A stretch of DNA of 64,000 nucleotides from Squalus acanthias (Eukaryota), in assembly GCA_030390025.1 (NCBI GenBank), contig CM059432.1:3968001-4032000 (forward strand). Direction: 5' to 3'. Shown here in pieces: positions 38,805 to 51,470 of the stretch (the stretch's first letter is position 1; each line of letters opens with the position of its first letter). The notes under the pieces were generated by a model, which saw only the letters and a program-made list of their open reading frames with translations, was not told the DNA's origin and did no database searches. The position numbers and the translations under genes were made by a program.

Positions 38805-39350
38805 CAGCAACTTGTATTTATACAGCGCCTTTACTGTAGTAAAACGTCCCAGGGTGCTTCACAGGAGCGTTATTGAACAAAATTTGACACCGAGCCACCA
38901 GAGGAGATATTAGGGCAGGCGACCCAAAGCTGGGTCAAAGAGGGAGGTTTTAAGGAGCGTCTTAAAGGAGGAGAGAGAGGCGGAGAGGTTTAGGGAGGGA
39001 ATTCCAGAGTTTAGGGCCCAGGCAGCTGAGGACACGGCCGCCAATGGTGGAGCGATTAAAATCAGGGATGAACAAGAGATCTTGGAGTAACAACAGAAAG
39101 CGCTGGAAAAACTCAGCAGGCCAGGCAACATCCGTGGAGAGAGAAACAGAGTGAACGTTTCAGGTCGGAGACCCTTCGTCAGAACTCTTGGAGTGTTGGA
39201 GTGTTGTCGAGCTGGAGGAGCTTACAGAGATAGGGAGAGAGCGAGGCCGTGGAAGGATTTGAAAACAGTGATGCGAATTTTAAAATTGAGGTGTTGCTGA
39301 CCGATGTAGGTCAGCCAACACAGGGGTGATGGGTGAAGGGGAGTTGGTGC
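38805..39350 (-). mobile_element. L2 3' fragment interrupted by a Penelope fragment
   Basis: L2 tail; insert at 39089-39185. Confidence 0.8.
39089..39185 (-). mobile_element. 97-bp Penelope-like fragment beginning at a hammerhead motif (39150-39186)
   Basis: TSD tcttggagt (39080-39088, 39186-39194); minus strand gtt-CUGACGA-A-GGGUC UCC GACCU-GAAACGUU. Confidence 0.8.
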
Positions 39351-39457
39351 GCTGGGACCGCCACAGCCCAGACCGCTTCTCGTTCCAGCGGACACCTTCA
39401 AGTCCTCGGCTAAAATTTGAGGCAGGCCTGTCGTTCTTTCGCTGGAGGGCCTTAATT

Positions 39458-39894
39458 TCATAGAAACATAGAAACTAGGAGCAGGAGTAGGCCATTCGGC
39501 CCGTCGAGCCTGCTCCACCATTCAATACGATCATGGCTGATCATCCAAATCCAGTACCCTGTCCCTGCTTTCTCACACCGAATCCCCACATCAAGCCTGC
39601 ACCTATCCCACCCTATCCCCACGTATTTAATTCCCCCTAACATATCCCATCCTATCCCCATAACCCCACATATTTAATCCCCCCCTAACACTAAGGGTCA
39701 ATTTATCAGAGCCAAATCAACCTAACCCGCACATTTTTGGACTGTGGGAGGAAACCGGAGCACCCGGAGGAAACCCACGCAGACACGGGGAGAATGTGCA
39801 AACTCCACACAGACAGTCACCCGAGGTCAGATTCGAACCCGGGTCCCTGGCGCTGTGAAGCACCAGTGCTAACCACTATGCCACCGTGTTGCCC
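39458..39894 (-). mobile_element. V-SINE (HE1-like)
   Basis: tRNA head tggcatagtgg / gttcgaatc; V-domain gtggagtttgcacattctccccgtgtctgcgtgggtttcctccggg; tail shared with the CR1 at 22495. Confidence 0.88.
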
Positions 39895-40596
39895 TTAGGT
39901 ACTGTTCATTCGTTGGTCTCCGGTATGAGATTCTGGCCCTCAGCTCTCGCTCCCTTGGATTTAATCATCTTGGCAGCAGGTTCCTTATCCGAAAGGATCG
40001 TGGAAGCCACAACAAAGCGAAATCCATGTCGCTGCCCTATCATTGTGGTTCACAGCCACTTCACCCTGTTAGCAGCTGCTGTGAGCTGACTTATGTGAGA
40101 TAAGTCCAGAAGCCACTTAAGTGATCAGAAGCTGTCAAACGGCCAGCTTTAATTGAACTCATCCCTCATGCAAGGACCTTAATTGGTCGTTTCAGTTACA
40201 GCTTTGCAAGCCTTTTTTCCGATATCTGAAATCTGTGCTGGAAACTTGTAACAGCCATCCAGAAGCAACAGCTGATTCAGCACTGCTATTTTTGTCAAAT
40301 GGGGAGAGGAGAGGGGAGTGGGACTAATTGGACAGCTCAATCAAAGAAGTGTGCACAGGCATGATGAGCCGAATGGCCTCATTCTGTGCTGTACAATTCT
40401 ATTCTGTGTTAGCCGCACCAAGAACGTTGACCTTTGGTGGTGTACACTGAGGTTATACACCAACGATAGGCATTCCACTCCATATTTAACGGCAATGTCC
40501 ACTTGCACCGTCCGCTGGTATAGCTGTTGAGCAGAGGAGGAGTACAGACCTTTGCGTGTACATGCTCAAACACACTGGTGGGACGCTGCCTACTGG

Positions 40597-41957
40597 GTGT
40601 CAGCCGTGGCTCAGTGGGTAGCACTCTTGCCTCCGAGTTAGAAGGTTGTGGGAACAGTGAGGAGGATAGTGATAGACTTCAAGAGGACATAGACAGGCTG
40701 GTGAAATGGGCGGACACGTGGCAGCTGAAATTTAACGCAGAAAACTGCGAAGTGATACATTTTGGTAGAAAGAATGAGGAGAGACAATACGAACTAAAGG
40801 GTACAATCCTAAAGGGGGTGCATGAACAGAGAGACCTGGGGGTATATGTGCACAAATTGTTGAAGGTGTCAGGGCAGGTTGAGAAAGCAGTTAAAAAAGC
40901 ATACGGGATCCTGGGCTTCATAAATAGACGCATAGAGTACAAAAGCAAGGAAATTCTGATGAACCTTTATAAAACACTGGTTCAGCATCAACTGGAGTAT
41001 TGTGTCCAATTCTGGACGATATACTAAGGATGTGAAGGCCTTAGAGAGGGTGCAGTAAAGATTTACGAGAATGATTCCAGGGATGAGGGACTTCAGTTAC
41101 GTGGATAGACTGGAGAAGCTGGGGTTGTTCTCCTTCGAGCAGAGAAGGTTGAGAGGAGATTTGATCGAGGTGTTCAAAATCATGAGGGGTCTGGACAGAG
41201 TAGATAGAGAGAAACTGTTCCCATTGGCGGAAGGGTCGAGAACCAGAGGACACAGATTTAAGGTGATTGGCAGAAGATCCAAAGGCGACATGAGGAAAAA
41301 CTTTTTTACGCAGCAAGTGGTTATGATCTGGAATGTACTGCCTGAAAGGGTGGTGGAGGCAGACTCAATCATGGCTTTCAAAAGGGAATTAGATAAGTAT
41401 CTGAAGGAAAAACATTTGCAGGGCTACGGGGAAAGGGCGGGGGGAGTGGGAGTAGCTGAAGTGCTCTTGCAGAGAGCTGGCACGGGCTCGACGGGCTGAA
41501 TGGCCTCCTTCTGTGCTGTAACCATTCTATGATTGTATGTGCTACTCTAGAGACTTGAGCACAAAATCTAGGCTGACACTCCCAGTGCCAGTACTGAGGG
41601 AGTGCTGCACTGTCGGAGGTGCCATCTTTTGGATGAGATGTTAAACCAAACCCGTCTGCCCTCTCAGATGGACGCAAAAGATCCCAGGGCAGTATTTCGA
41701 AGAAGAGTAGGGGAGTTCTCCTCGGTGTCCTGGGCCAATATTGATCCCTCAACCATCAGCACTAAAAAAACAGATTATCTGGCGATTGTCACATTGCTGT
41801 TTGTGGGAGCTTGCTGTGCGCAAATTGGCTGCCGCGTTTCCTACATTACAACAGTGACTACACTTCAAAAAGTACTTCATTGGCATTGGCTAAAGTGCTT
41901 TGCGATGTCCTGAGGTCGTGAAAGGGCGCTATATAAATGCAATTTCTTTCTTTCTCT
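40597..41957 (+). mobile_element. DeuSINE split by a CR1 fragment (40651-41540)
   Basis: Head at 40597-40651, body resumes ~41545. Confidence 0.85.
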
Positions 41958-42441
41958 ATCCGTGTGATTTGACTGAGTCGAGATGATTGGATAACTCAAT
42001 TCAATTCAAGCCATTCTTTACAGACGAGAGGCAATGCTTGAGGTGCAAGGCATCATCCAGATGGTCTGGATATTGGTGCCAAACTGCAAAAATAGCAGCT
42101 TTATACAATACCTTTAGTATTAGGGACGCAACAATAGGACACACACTTTATGCAAATGCTGGTATACATCATTGTTATTTCCTAGAATATGCACCTGATT
42201 TTCTGATGGATTGATCAGGACTTCTGAACTTTGTCATTTTTCCACGTGTCCTATTAAAACATTAAAGCTGGTCAAAATGCTTCTGAACAGTGAGAGGAAA
42301 CATATGGTGGGTAGAAAGCTGGCAGAGGGAGCAGGGATCTGTTACAGAGAAGTATAGGGCCAGGAGTGAAAAGAGGCACAGAGCCAGGAGCTGAAAGATG
42401 GGGTTGGTAGGGAGAGATGGAGAGTGAGAAAAGGCAACGTG

Positions 42442-42596
42442 GAGCTAGTATAGAGAGTAACAGAGGCAGGAGATAAAAGAAAGAGCTAGTATAGAGAGAT
42501 ACAGAGGCAGGAGATAAAAGAAAGAGCTAGTATAGAGAGTAACAGAGGCAGGAGATAAAAGAAAGAGCTAGTATAGAGAGATACAGAGGCAGGAGA
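42442..42596. repeat. 41-bp purine-rich tandem repeat x~4 with alternating variants
   Basis: Units at 42442, 42483, 42524, 42565; gagtaac and gagatac alternate. Confidence 0.9.
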
Positions 42597-42599
42597 GGA

Positions 42600-44262
42600 A
42601 GTTCCCTTTACTCATCACCCCTGTGCTCACTGACCTACATTGACTCCCGGTCCACCAATGCCTCGATTCTAAAATTCTCATCCTTGTTTTCAAATCCCTC
42701 CCTATCTCTGTCACCTCCTCCAGCCCTACAAACCTCCGAGATCTCTGCGCTCCTCTAATTCTGGCCTCTTGCGCATCCCCGATTTCCATCGCTTCACCAT
42801 TGGCGGCCGTGCCTTCAGCTGCCGGGGCCCTAAGCTCTGGAATTCCCTCCCTAAACCTCTCCGCCTCTCTCTCCTCCTTTAAAACGCTCCTTAAAACCTC
42901 CCTCTTTGACCAAGCTTTTGTCATCTGTCCTAATATCTCCTTATGTGGCTCGGTGTCAAATTTTGTCTGATAATCGCTGCGTGTGAAGCACATGACAACA
43001 TATAAATGCAAGTTGTTGTCATACAACGCTAACTCTCTGTCTATCCCACCCAAGGTGCCTATACCTGTACTGGTGCTGGGGGGTTGGGGGGGCGGTGGGG
43101 GGTGGTGGGAGACGGGTGGGAAGGGACGGATCGAGTGTCTGGGCATTTTCGGGAAGATTGTCTAGTTATGTTCTACAGACCTACATGTCTTTAGATGGAC
43201 GTAGAAAAAAGGGAAGAAGGATTGGATCAGCATGATGAGGAAGGATGTTCTTGCCATGGAGGGAGTGCAGCGAAGATTCACCAGACTGATACCTGGGATG
43301 GCAGGAATGACGTATGAAGAGAGATTGGGACGATTGGGTTTGTATTTGCTAGAGTTTAGAAGAATGAGAGGGGATCTCATTGAAACTTATAAAATTCTAA
43401 CAGGACTAGACAGACTAGATGCAGGAAGGATGTTCCCGATGGCGGGGGAGTCCAGAACCAGGGGTCACAGTCTAAGGATAAGGGGTAAGCCATTTAGGAC
43501 AGAGATGAGGAGGAATTTCTTCACCCAGAGAGTGGTGAACCTGTGGAATTCTCTACCACAGAAGGCAGTTGAGGCCAATTCATTAAATATATTCAAGAAG
43601 GAGTTAGATATATTTCTTAAGGCTAAAGGGATCAAGGGATATGGAGAGAAAGCAGGGACAGGGTACTGAGTTTGGATGATCAGCCATGATCCTATTAAAT
43701 GGTGGAGCAGGCTCGAGGGGCCGAATGGCCTACTCCTGCTCCTATCTTCTATGTTTCTATGTTTCTATGATGTGGAAAAGTTAAGCAGTAGCAACACCGT
43801 GTAGCACTCGGTTGCCACACAGTCTGAATGTGTGATTACTTGAGGAAAGAAAGAGTGAAAGTCTTGCATTTCTATAGCGCCTTTCACAACCACCGGACGT
43901 CCCAAAGCGCTTTACAGCCAATGAAGTAATTTTTGAAGTGTAGTCACTGTTGTAATGTGGGAAACGTGGCAGCCAATTTGCGCACTGCAAGCTCCCACAA
44001 ACAGCAATGTGATGATGACCAGATAATCTGTTTGAGTGATGTTGATTAAAGGATAAATATTGGCCAGGGACACCGGGGAGAGCTCCCCTGCTCTTCTTCG
44101 AAATAGTGCAATGGGATCTTTTACAGAGAGCAGAAGGGGCCTCAGTTTCATCCGAATGACGGCACCTCAGACAGTGCCGCACTCCCTCAGCACTGCACTG
44201 GAGTGTCAGCCTAGATTTTATGCTCAAGTCTCTGGAGTGGGACTTGAACCCACAACCTTCTG
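42600..44262. mobile_element. L2 3' fragment (42600-43022 plus), CR1 3' fragment (43235-43770 plus), DeuSINE (43852-44262 minus)
   Basis: Family motifs as in the other copies. Confidence 0.85.
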
Positions 44263-44289
44263 AAAGAGTAAAGGTACAATTAATAGGCA

Positions 44290-44935
44290 GATGCACCAGC
44301 CCCGATTCTCCTCGATCTTCCTCCTCCGTCTGGGTGGGGGCCTGAAATGAGGTGGGCCTGGCTCCAGTTCTGGTCTTCTCCCAGTTCTCCGGGTCGCTGT
44401 GAGTCAGCTTCTGCTGCAGAAACACATGGGTTTCGATTTTAACCCCGCCCCGGGGCCCAGTGAGGATGGCGTGTGGGGGGTGGAGGGGGGGTGGGGGAGT
44501 GGGGCGAGGGGAAGTGGGTGTTAAAATCAGGCCAAGCCCACTTACCGGCCTGAGGTAGCTCCATTCCCGCCCGGCACCTCATCTCATCTTTTCCAGCTTC
44601 CAAGTAGGACGAGGCTCCGGCTATAGGCAGGCGGGATTTCAATTCAAACGAAAAGTCAGGGGGGAGCACTCCATCTGCTCCTGACCCCGTAAAACAATGA
44701 TAATCTTCGGCTTTGGGCTCTCCTCTTTGAGCTGGCTCGCCAGATGGAAGTAGGTGGACTCTGCATGGCTCACATTCCGCCCAGCTTTGTCCAAAAATGA
44801 CAAGCATCGTCATATGTCCATCAAGGACTCCGATTTGCATAGTTAAAGGGCCTACTGGTGGACTCAGGGGGGAACTGGACGGTAAGCTCTTCCCCACAGC
44901 TTTAATGCAACTGCTTCAGCCCAGTGACGCCAGAA
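44290..44935 (-). pseudogene. Possible highly decayed Harbinger Myb/SANT gene remnant
   Basis: GTAAGT donor at ~44546 and ttctgcag acceptor at ~44415; flanking peptides CRxxWSYLR (one shift) and QKLTH..EKTRTG..TQTEEE resemble exons 1 and 2 at 894-1636. Confidence 0.4.
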
Positions 44936-44944
44936 TATCTATTT

Positions 44945-45532
44945 TAATTCATTCGCGGGTTGTGGGCATCGCTGGCAAAGCCAGCATTTATTGCCCATCC
45001 CTAGTCGCCCCTGAGCAGGTGGTGGTGAGCCGCCTTCTTGGTCGTGAATCTTTGGAATTCTCTTCCCCAGAGAGCTGTGGAGGCTGGGTCAGTGAATATA
45101 TTTAAGGTGGAGATAGACAGATTTTTGAATGGTAAGGGAGTCGCGGGTTATGGGGAACGGGCAGGGAAGTGGAGTTGAGGCCAAGATCAGATCAGCTATG
45201 ATCTTATTGAATGGCGGAGCAGGCTCGAGGGGCCAAATGACCGACTCCTGCTGCTACGTCTTATGTTCTTATGTTCTTGAACCGCTGCAGTCCATGTGGT
45301 GAAGGTGCTCCCACGGTGCTGTTAGGGAGCGAGTTTCAGGATTTGGACCCAGCGACGATGCAGGAACGGCCGATATATTTCCAAGTCAGGATGGTGTGTG
45401 TGACTTGGAGGTGGTGGTGTTCCCATGCGCCCGCTGCCCTTGCCCTTCTAGGTGGAAGAGGTCGCGGGTTTGGGAGGAGCTGTCGAAGAAGCTTTGGCGA
45501 GTTGCTGCAGTGCATCTTGTAGATGGTGCCCA
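44945..45532 (-). mobile_element. tRNA-LINE 3' fragment split by a CR1 3' fragment (~45041-45275 plus)
   Basis: ccgccttcttg | ...ttcttgaaccgc continuity. Confidence 0.85.
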
Positions 45533-45899
45533 CTGTGAGGACCTGCTATGTTTAATTTGTATCTGTGAACCTCAACAAAAATAATTATCTGCAACAGATA
45601 AAGGGCTGCGATGGTTTTCAAATTATTGAGTAGAAGGCTAATTGCCTCAGTCAGCACGTTCCCTTTTATGCTGCGTAAAATGATAATTGAATATACTGTT
45701 TATTTAAAGTTTAATTATTCCTCCTCGCTATGAATGCATCAATCAAAGCATTCATTTGAACTAATATCTCATTAAGTAGATTTGTGAGATACAAGTTCAT
45801 CTTGTTAACAAAATGTTTCCTGTGCACGTGCATGTCAGGACGATGTCACTGATATTGGAAATTAAAGAAAGGAAGAACAAACTTTGACAGCAGTGGAAT

Positions 45900-47335
45900 T
45901 AGAATCATAGAATGGTTACAGCACAGAAGGAGGCCATTCGGCCCATCGAGCCCGTGCCAGCTCCCTGCAAGAGCACTTCAGCTAGTCCCACTCCCCCACC
46001 CTTTCCCCGTAGCCTGGCAATTTTTTTCCTTCAGGTTTTTATCCAATTCCCTTTTGAAAGCCGTGATTGAATCTGCCTCCACCACCCTTTCAGGCAGTGC
46101 ATTCCAGATCCTAACCACTCGCTGAGTAAAAAAGTTTTTCCTCATGTCGCCTTTGGTTCTTCTGCCAATCACCTTAAATCTGTGTCCTCTGGTTCTCGAC
46201 CCTCCGCCAATGGGAACAGTTTCTCTCTATTTACTCTGTCCAGACCCCTCATGATTTTGAACACCTCGATCAAATCTCCTCTCGACCTTCGCTGCTCTAA
46301 GGAGAACAACCCCAGCTTATCCAGTCTATCCACGTAACTGAAGTCCCTCATCCCTGGAACCATTCTTGTAAATCTTTTCTGCACTGTATACCTTCCTCCA
46401 ATCCAAAAAATATCAGTTCACCGCTACTTTCTGTTTCCTGTCACTCAGCCAATTCTGTATCCATGCTGCCACTGTCCCTTTTATTTCATGGGCTTCAACT
46501 TTGCTGGTAATCCTATTACGTTGAACTTTATCATATGCCTTTTGTAAATCCATGTACACCACATCAACCGCATTGCCCTCATCAATCCACTCTGTTACCT
46601 CATCAAAAAACTCAATCAAGTTAGTTAAACCTGATTTCCCTTTAACAAGTCCGTGCTGGCTTTCCTTAATTAATCCACACTTATCCAAGTGACTGTTAAT
46701 TTTGTCCCGGATTATCATTTCTAAAAGCTTCCCCACTACCAAGGTTAAACTGACTGGCCTGTAGTTGCTGGGTTTATCTTTACACCCTTTTTTGAACAAG
46801 GGTGCAACATTTGCAATTCTCCAGTCCTCTGGCACCACCCCTGTATCCAAGGAGGATTGGAAGGTTATGGCCAGTACCTCCGCGATTTCCACCTTTACTT
46901 CCCTCAGCATCCTCGGATGCATCCCATCCAATCCTCGTGACTTATCTACTTTAAGTACAGCCAGCCTTTCTAGTACCTCCTCTTTATCAATTTTTATCTC
47001 ATTCAGTATCTCAACTACCTCCGCTTTCACGATGACTTTGGCAGCATCCTCTTCCTTGGTAAAGTCAGATGCAAAATACTCATTTAGTACCTCAGTCATG
47101 CCCTCTGCCTCCATGCATAGGCCTCCATTTTGGTCCCTAATTGGCCCCAACCCTCCTCTTACTACCCGTTTACTATTTATATGCCTATAGAAGACTTTTG
47201 GATTCCCTTTTATGTTAGCTGCCAATCTATTCTCATACCCTCTCTTTTTCCCTCATATTTTCTTTTTCACTTCCCCTCTGAACTTTCTTTATTCAGCCTG
47301 GTTCTCACTTGTATTCTCAACCTGACATCTGACAT
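45900..47335 (-). mobile_element. CR1 fragment with internal deletion
   Basis: NPKVFY, NYRPVSLT, KRFTRMVPG; deletion near 46390-46415. Confidence 0.88.
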
Positions 47336-47591
47336 ACTTCATCTGCCTGCACGTTCTATATGATCCGAACTAAGGACCTTAAATTTGCCTATTATTGTAG
47401 CGAGCTACAACAGGCCAACTTTCATGGGCAAAGACTGGTGGAGAAAATTAAAATTAAATTGAAAAACGTCTTCAGTGTAGATGCTTCAAAGAAGCAACTC
47501 GACACAATGCTGAATAAGTACGAAAGCATGTTCACAGACAGTTACCTACATCGCAAGGTTTGTCTGCTGCACTCTCTGGGTCAAAAGGAAC

Positions 47592-47685
47592 GGGAATAGT
47601 AGCATAGTGGTTATGTTACTGGACTAGTAATCCAGAGGCCTGGATGAATGTTCCAGAGATGTGAGTTCAAATCCCACCACGGCAG
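47592..47685 (+). promoter_or_regulatory. tRNA-like head / type 2 Pol III promoter
   Basis: A box TAGCATAGTGG 47600-47610, B box GTTCAAATC 47665-47673; D stem GCAT/ATGT, anticodon stem CTGGA-CTAGTAA-TCCAG, second CTGGA/TCCAG arm, T arm. Confidence 0.85.
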
Positions 47686-50353
47686 CTGGGGAATTTAAAT
47701 CCAATTAAATAAATTTGGAATAAAAAGCTAGTATCAGGAATGGCGACCATGGAACTATCAGATTGTTGTAAAAACCCATCTGGTTCACTAATGCCCTTTA
47801 GGGAAGGAAATCTGCTGCCCTTATGTGACTCCAGACCCACAGCAATGTGGTTGACTCTTAACTGCCCTCTGCCGTCTGAAATGGTGTAACAAGCCACTCA
47901 GTTGTACACAATCGCTACAAATAAGAATAAAACTGGATGGACCACCTGGCTCTGGTTTCAGACACGACAACGGCACACCCAGCCCAGTTGACCCTGCAAA
48001 GTCCTCCTCACCAACATCTGGGGACTTGTGCCAAAGTTGGGAGAGCTGTCCCACAGACTAGTCAAGCAACAGGCTGACATAGTCATGCTCACAGAATCAT
48101 ACCTTTCAGCCAATGTCCCAGATTCCTCCATCACCAACCCTGCGGGATGTCCCATCCACTGGCAGGAGGGAGTGGTCCTGGGAGTCCTCAACATTGAAGT
48201 ATGGGACAAGGGAACCTCCTGCTGAGATTGCCCTCCCTCGGCTGATGGATCAGTACTCCTCCATGTTGAACACCACTTGGAAGAAGCATCTGAGGGTAGC
48301 AAGGGCACAGAATGTACTCTCAGTAGGGGACTTCAATGTCCATCACCAAGAGTGGCTGAAGAGCACCACTACTGGCCGAGTCCTGAAGGACATAACTGCC
48401 AGACTTGGACTGGGACAGATGATGAGAGAACCAACACGAGGGAAAACCCTACTTGACCTTGTCCTCACCAATCTACCTATGACAGATGGATCTGTCCATG
48501 CCAGCATTGATAGCAGTGACCACCGCACAGTCCTTATGGAGACAAAGTCTCGTCTTCACACTGAGGATACCCTCCATCGTGTTGTGTGGCACTGTGCTAA
48601 ATGGGATAGATTCTGAACAGATCTAGTAGCTTAAAACTGGGCATCCATGAGGCGCCGTGGGGCAGCAGAAGAATTGTATTCCACCACAATCTGTAACCTC
48701 AAGGCCCGGCATATCCCTCACTCTACCATGCCACCAACCCTGGTTCAATGAGGAGTGTAAAACAACGGAATGCTATAGACAGAGCTAAGCAATCCAACGG
48801 ATCAGATCAAAGTCCTGCCACATCCAGGAGTGAATGGTGGTAGACGACTAACGGCAGAAGGAGGCTCCATGAATATCCGCATCCTCAATGATGGCGGAGT
48901 GCAAAAGACAAGGTTGAAGCGTTTGCAACCATCTTCAGCCAGAAGTGCCGAGTGGATGATCCATATCTGCATCCTCCTGAGGTCCACACCATCACAAAAG
49001 CCAGTCTTCAGCCAATTCGATTCACTCCACGTGATATCAAGAAATGGCTCAGCGCACTGAATACAGCAAAGATTATGGGCCCCGACAACATCCCGGCTAT
49101 CGTGCTGAAGACTTGTGCTCCAGAACTAGCCGCACCTCTAGCCAGGCTGTTCCAGTACAGCTACAACACTGGCATCTATCCAACAATGTGGAAAACTGCC
49201 CAGGTAGCTCCTGTACACAAAAAGCAGGACAAATCCAATCTGGCCAATTATCGCCCCATAAGTCTACCCTCAATCATCAGCAAAGTGATGGAAGGTGTCG
49301 TCGACAGTGCTATCAAGCGGCACTTACTTATCAATAACCTGCTCACCGATGCTCAGTTTGGGTTCCGCCAGGACCACTTGGCTTCTGACTGATTACAACC
49401 TTGGTCCAAAGAGCTGAATTCCAGAGGTGAGTTGAGAGTGACTGCCCTTGACATCAAGGCAACATTTGACCATGTGTGGCATCAAGGAGCCCTAGTAAAA
49501 TTGAAGTCAATGGGAATCAGGGGGAAAACTCTCCACTGGCTGGAGTCATACCTAGCACAAAGGAAGATGGTTGTGGTGGTGGGAGGTCAATCATCACAGC
49601 CCCAGGACATCGCTGCAGGAATTCCTCAGAGCAGTGTCCTAGGCCCAACCATCTTCAGCTGCTTCATCAATGACCTTCCCTCCATCATAAAGTCAGAAGT
49701 GGGGATGTTCGCTGATGACTGCACAGTGTTCAGTGCCATTCGCAACACCTCAGATAATGAAGCAGTCCGTGCCCACATGCAACAAGACCTGGATGACATT
49801 CAGGCTTGGGCTGATAAGTGTGAAGTAACATTCGCGCCACACAAGTGCCAGGCAATGACTATCTCCAACAAGCGAGAGTCTAACCACTGCCCCTTGACAT
49901 TCAACAGCATTACCATCGCCAAATCCCCCACTATCAACATCCTGGGGTTCACCCTTGACCAGAAACTTAACTGGACCAGCCACACAAATACTGTGGCTAC
50001 AAGAACAGGTCACAGGCTGGGTATTCTGTGGCAAGTGTCTCACCTCCTGGCTCCCCAAAGCCTTTCTACCATCTACAAGGCACAAGTCAGGACTGTGATG
50101 GAATACTCTCCACTTGCCTGGATGAGTGCAGCTCCAACAACACTAAAGAAGCTGACACCATCCAGGAAAAAGCAGCCCGCTTGATTGGCACTCCATCCAC
50201 CACCTTAAACATTCACTCCACGTACTGTGGCTGCAGTGTGTACCATTTACAAGATGCACTGCAGCAACTCGCCAAGGTTTCTTCAGCAGCACCTCCCAAA
50301 CCCGCGACCTCTACCACCTAGAAGGACAAGGGCAGCAGGCGCATGGGAACACC

Positions 50354-51470
50354 GGAAGGGATAATTACTAGTCCTAGCTGCTTTTGGGCTACCCCGGATC
50401 AGGCGTATTCCTCAGACGTTCACTTTCAACTAAAGTTTGAGGTAGCCGAATCCTAAAGACGCTTAATTGGGTCTAAAGGTCCGGACTATCTCTCCCTAAA
50501 GGAAAGGAACAACCTGAAAATGTTACCGTCCTCCAGATAGCACTTTTAATAAGTTTAGCTAGACTGTAACGTTCCGGATATTATGAGGGTCCGGAAAACT
50601 CCCCCAGAATTCTGCAACTCCTCACCAAAGAGTGTACAGAGATTGAGTTCGCGAGTTTGATACAGAAGCCTTATGTGAGATAATTCTAAAAATATATAGA
50701 TTTATTAAAGAACCGACATGTAGTTTACAGTTGGTGAGTCAATCACAACATTAACAGTTCTAAAAAGAGAAAGCTTTACAATCTTATTATCAGAGATCCT
50801 TACTCTCAAATCTTAACTTCGTTACAGTTTTACAGTTCTTAAAGTTTATTCAGGATATCCACCAAAATCAAATACAGCACCTTTGATCCCCGCGGTACAA
50901 AGAGTTGTAGACTTACAGAGCTGCCTCTGAAGCTGAGAATGACTTTGTCCCTTCACAGCGAGTCTATTATCCCATTTGAGAGTTCAATATTTATACCCTT
51001 TTTCAGTGGTATTTTCTTTAAGGTTTTCTGCTGATGTAAGCTAATTATCTCTAGTCATTTTTCTGCTGACTTCTGCAATTCTTAGTCACCTCAGCTGGTA
51101 GCATTACAGAATCATATCTCTCCTCTAGGTGTTCCAAGCTTACCATAAAAAACGGTGTAACAGCAGGTGCGCTTTATTTGATGTCATTTTTACGAAGGCA
51201 GATGTTTGTGCTTCTTTACGAAGTGTAAATTAGAACACCTTGTACAGGGTGAACTATTGTCTTGTTCCCAAAGGTTCAGACTGTCAGGAGCCTTTAACCT
51301 TCTGTTTCAATAAGGTTATTGATTCAGTGTCAACAACTATCTTATCTTAATAGCCAGAATGCTGTCACAGCTTTTCCATAGTTTGGGTTTCCCAGTTTGT
51401 CATGTTTTAATAAAGCCAGAATTCTTTCATAGAATGGTGTATTTTTCTGAATATGGCTTATTCCTTCACA
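50354..51470 (-). mobile_element. Probable solo LTR (~1.1 kb)
   Basis: 4-bp TSD CACC; ends ggaagggataa / ttattccttcaca; minus-strand TATAAA (50990-50995) upstream of AATAAA (50845-50850, 50701-50706); noncoding. Confidence 0.75.

Noticed and set aside
44428..44533. Small MITE with gattttaac / gttaaaatc inverted ends
   Set aside because: Short imperfect inverted repeat and no TSD found.
47592..47685. Functional tRNA gene (AGT anticodon)
   Set aside because: Poor acceptor stem, extra arm, no terminator, and embedded in a TSD-bounded retroelement.
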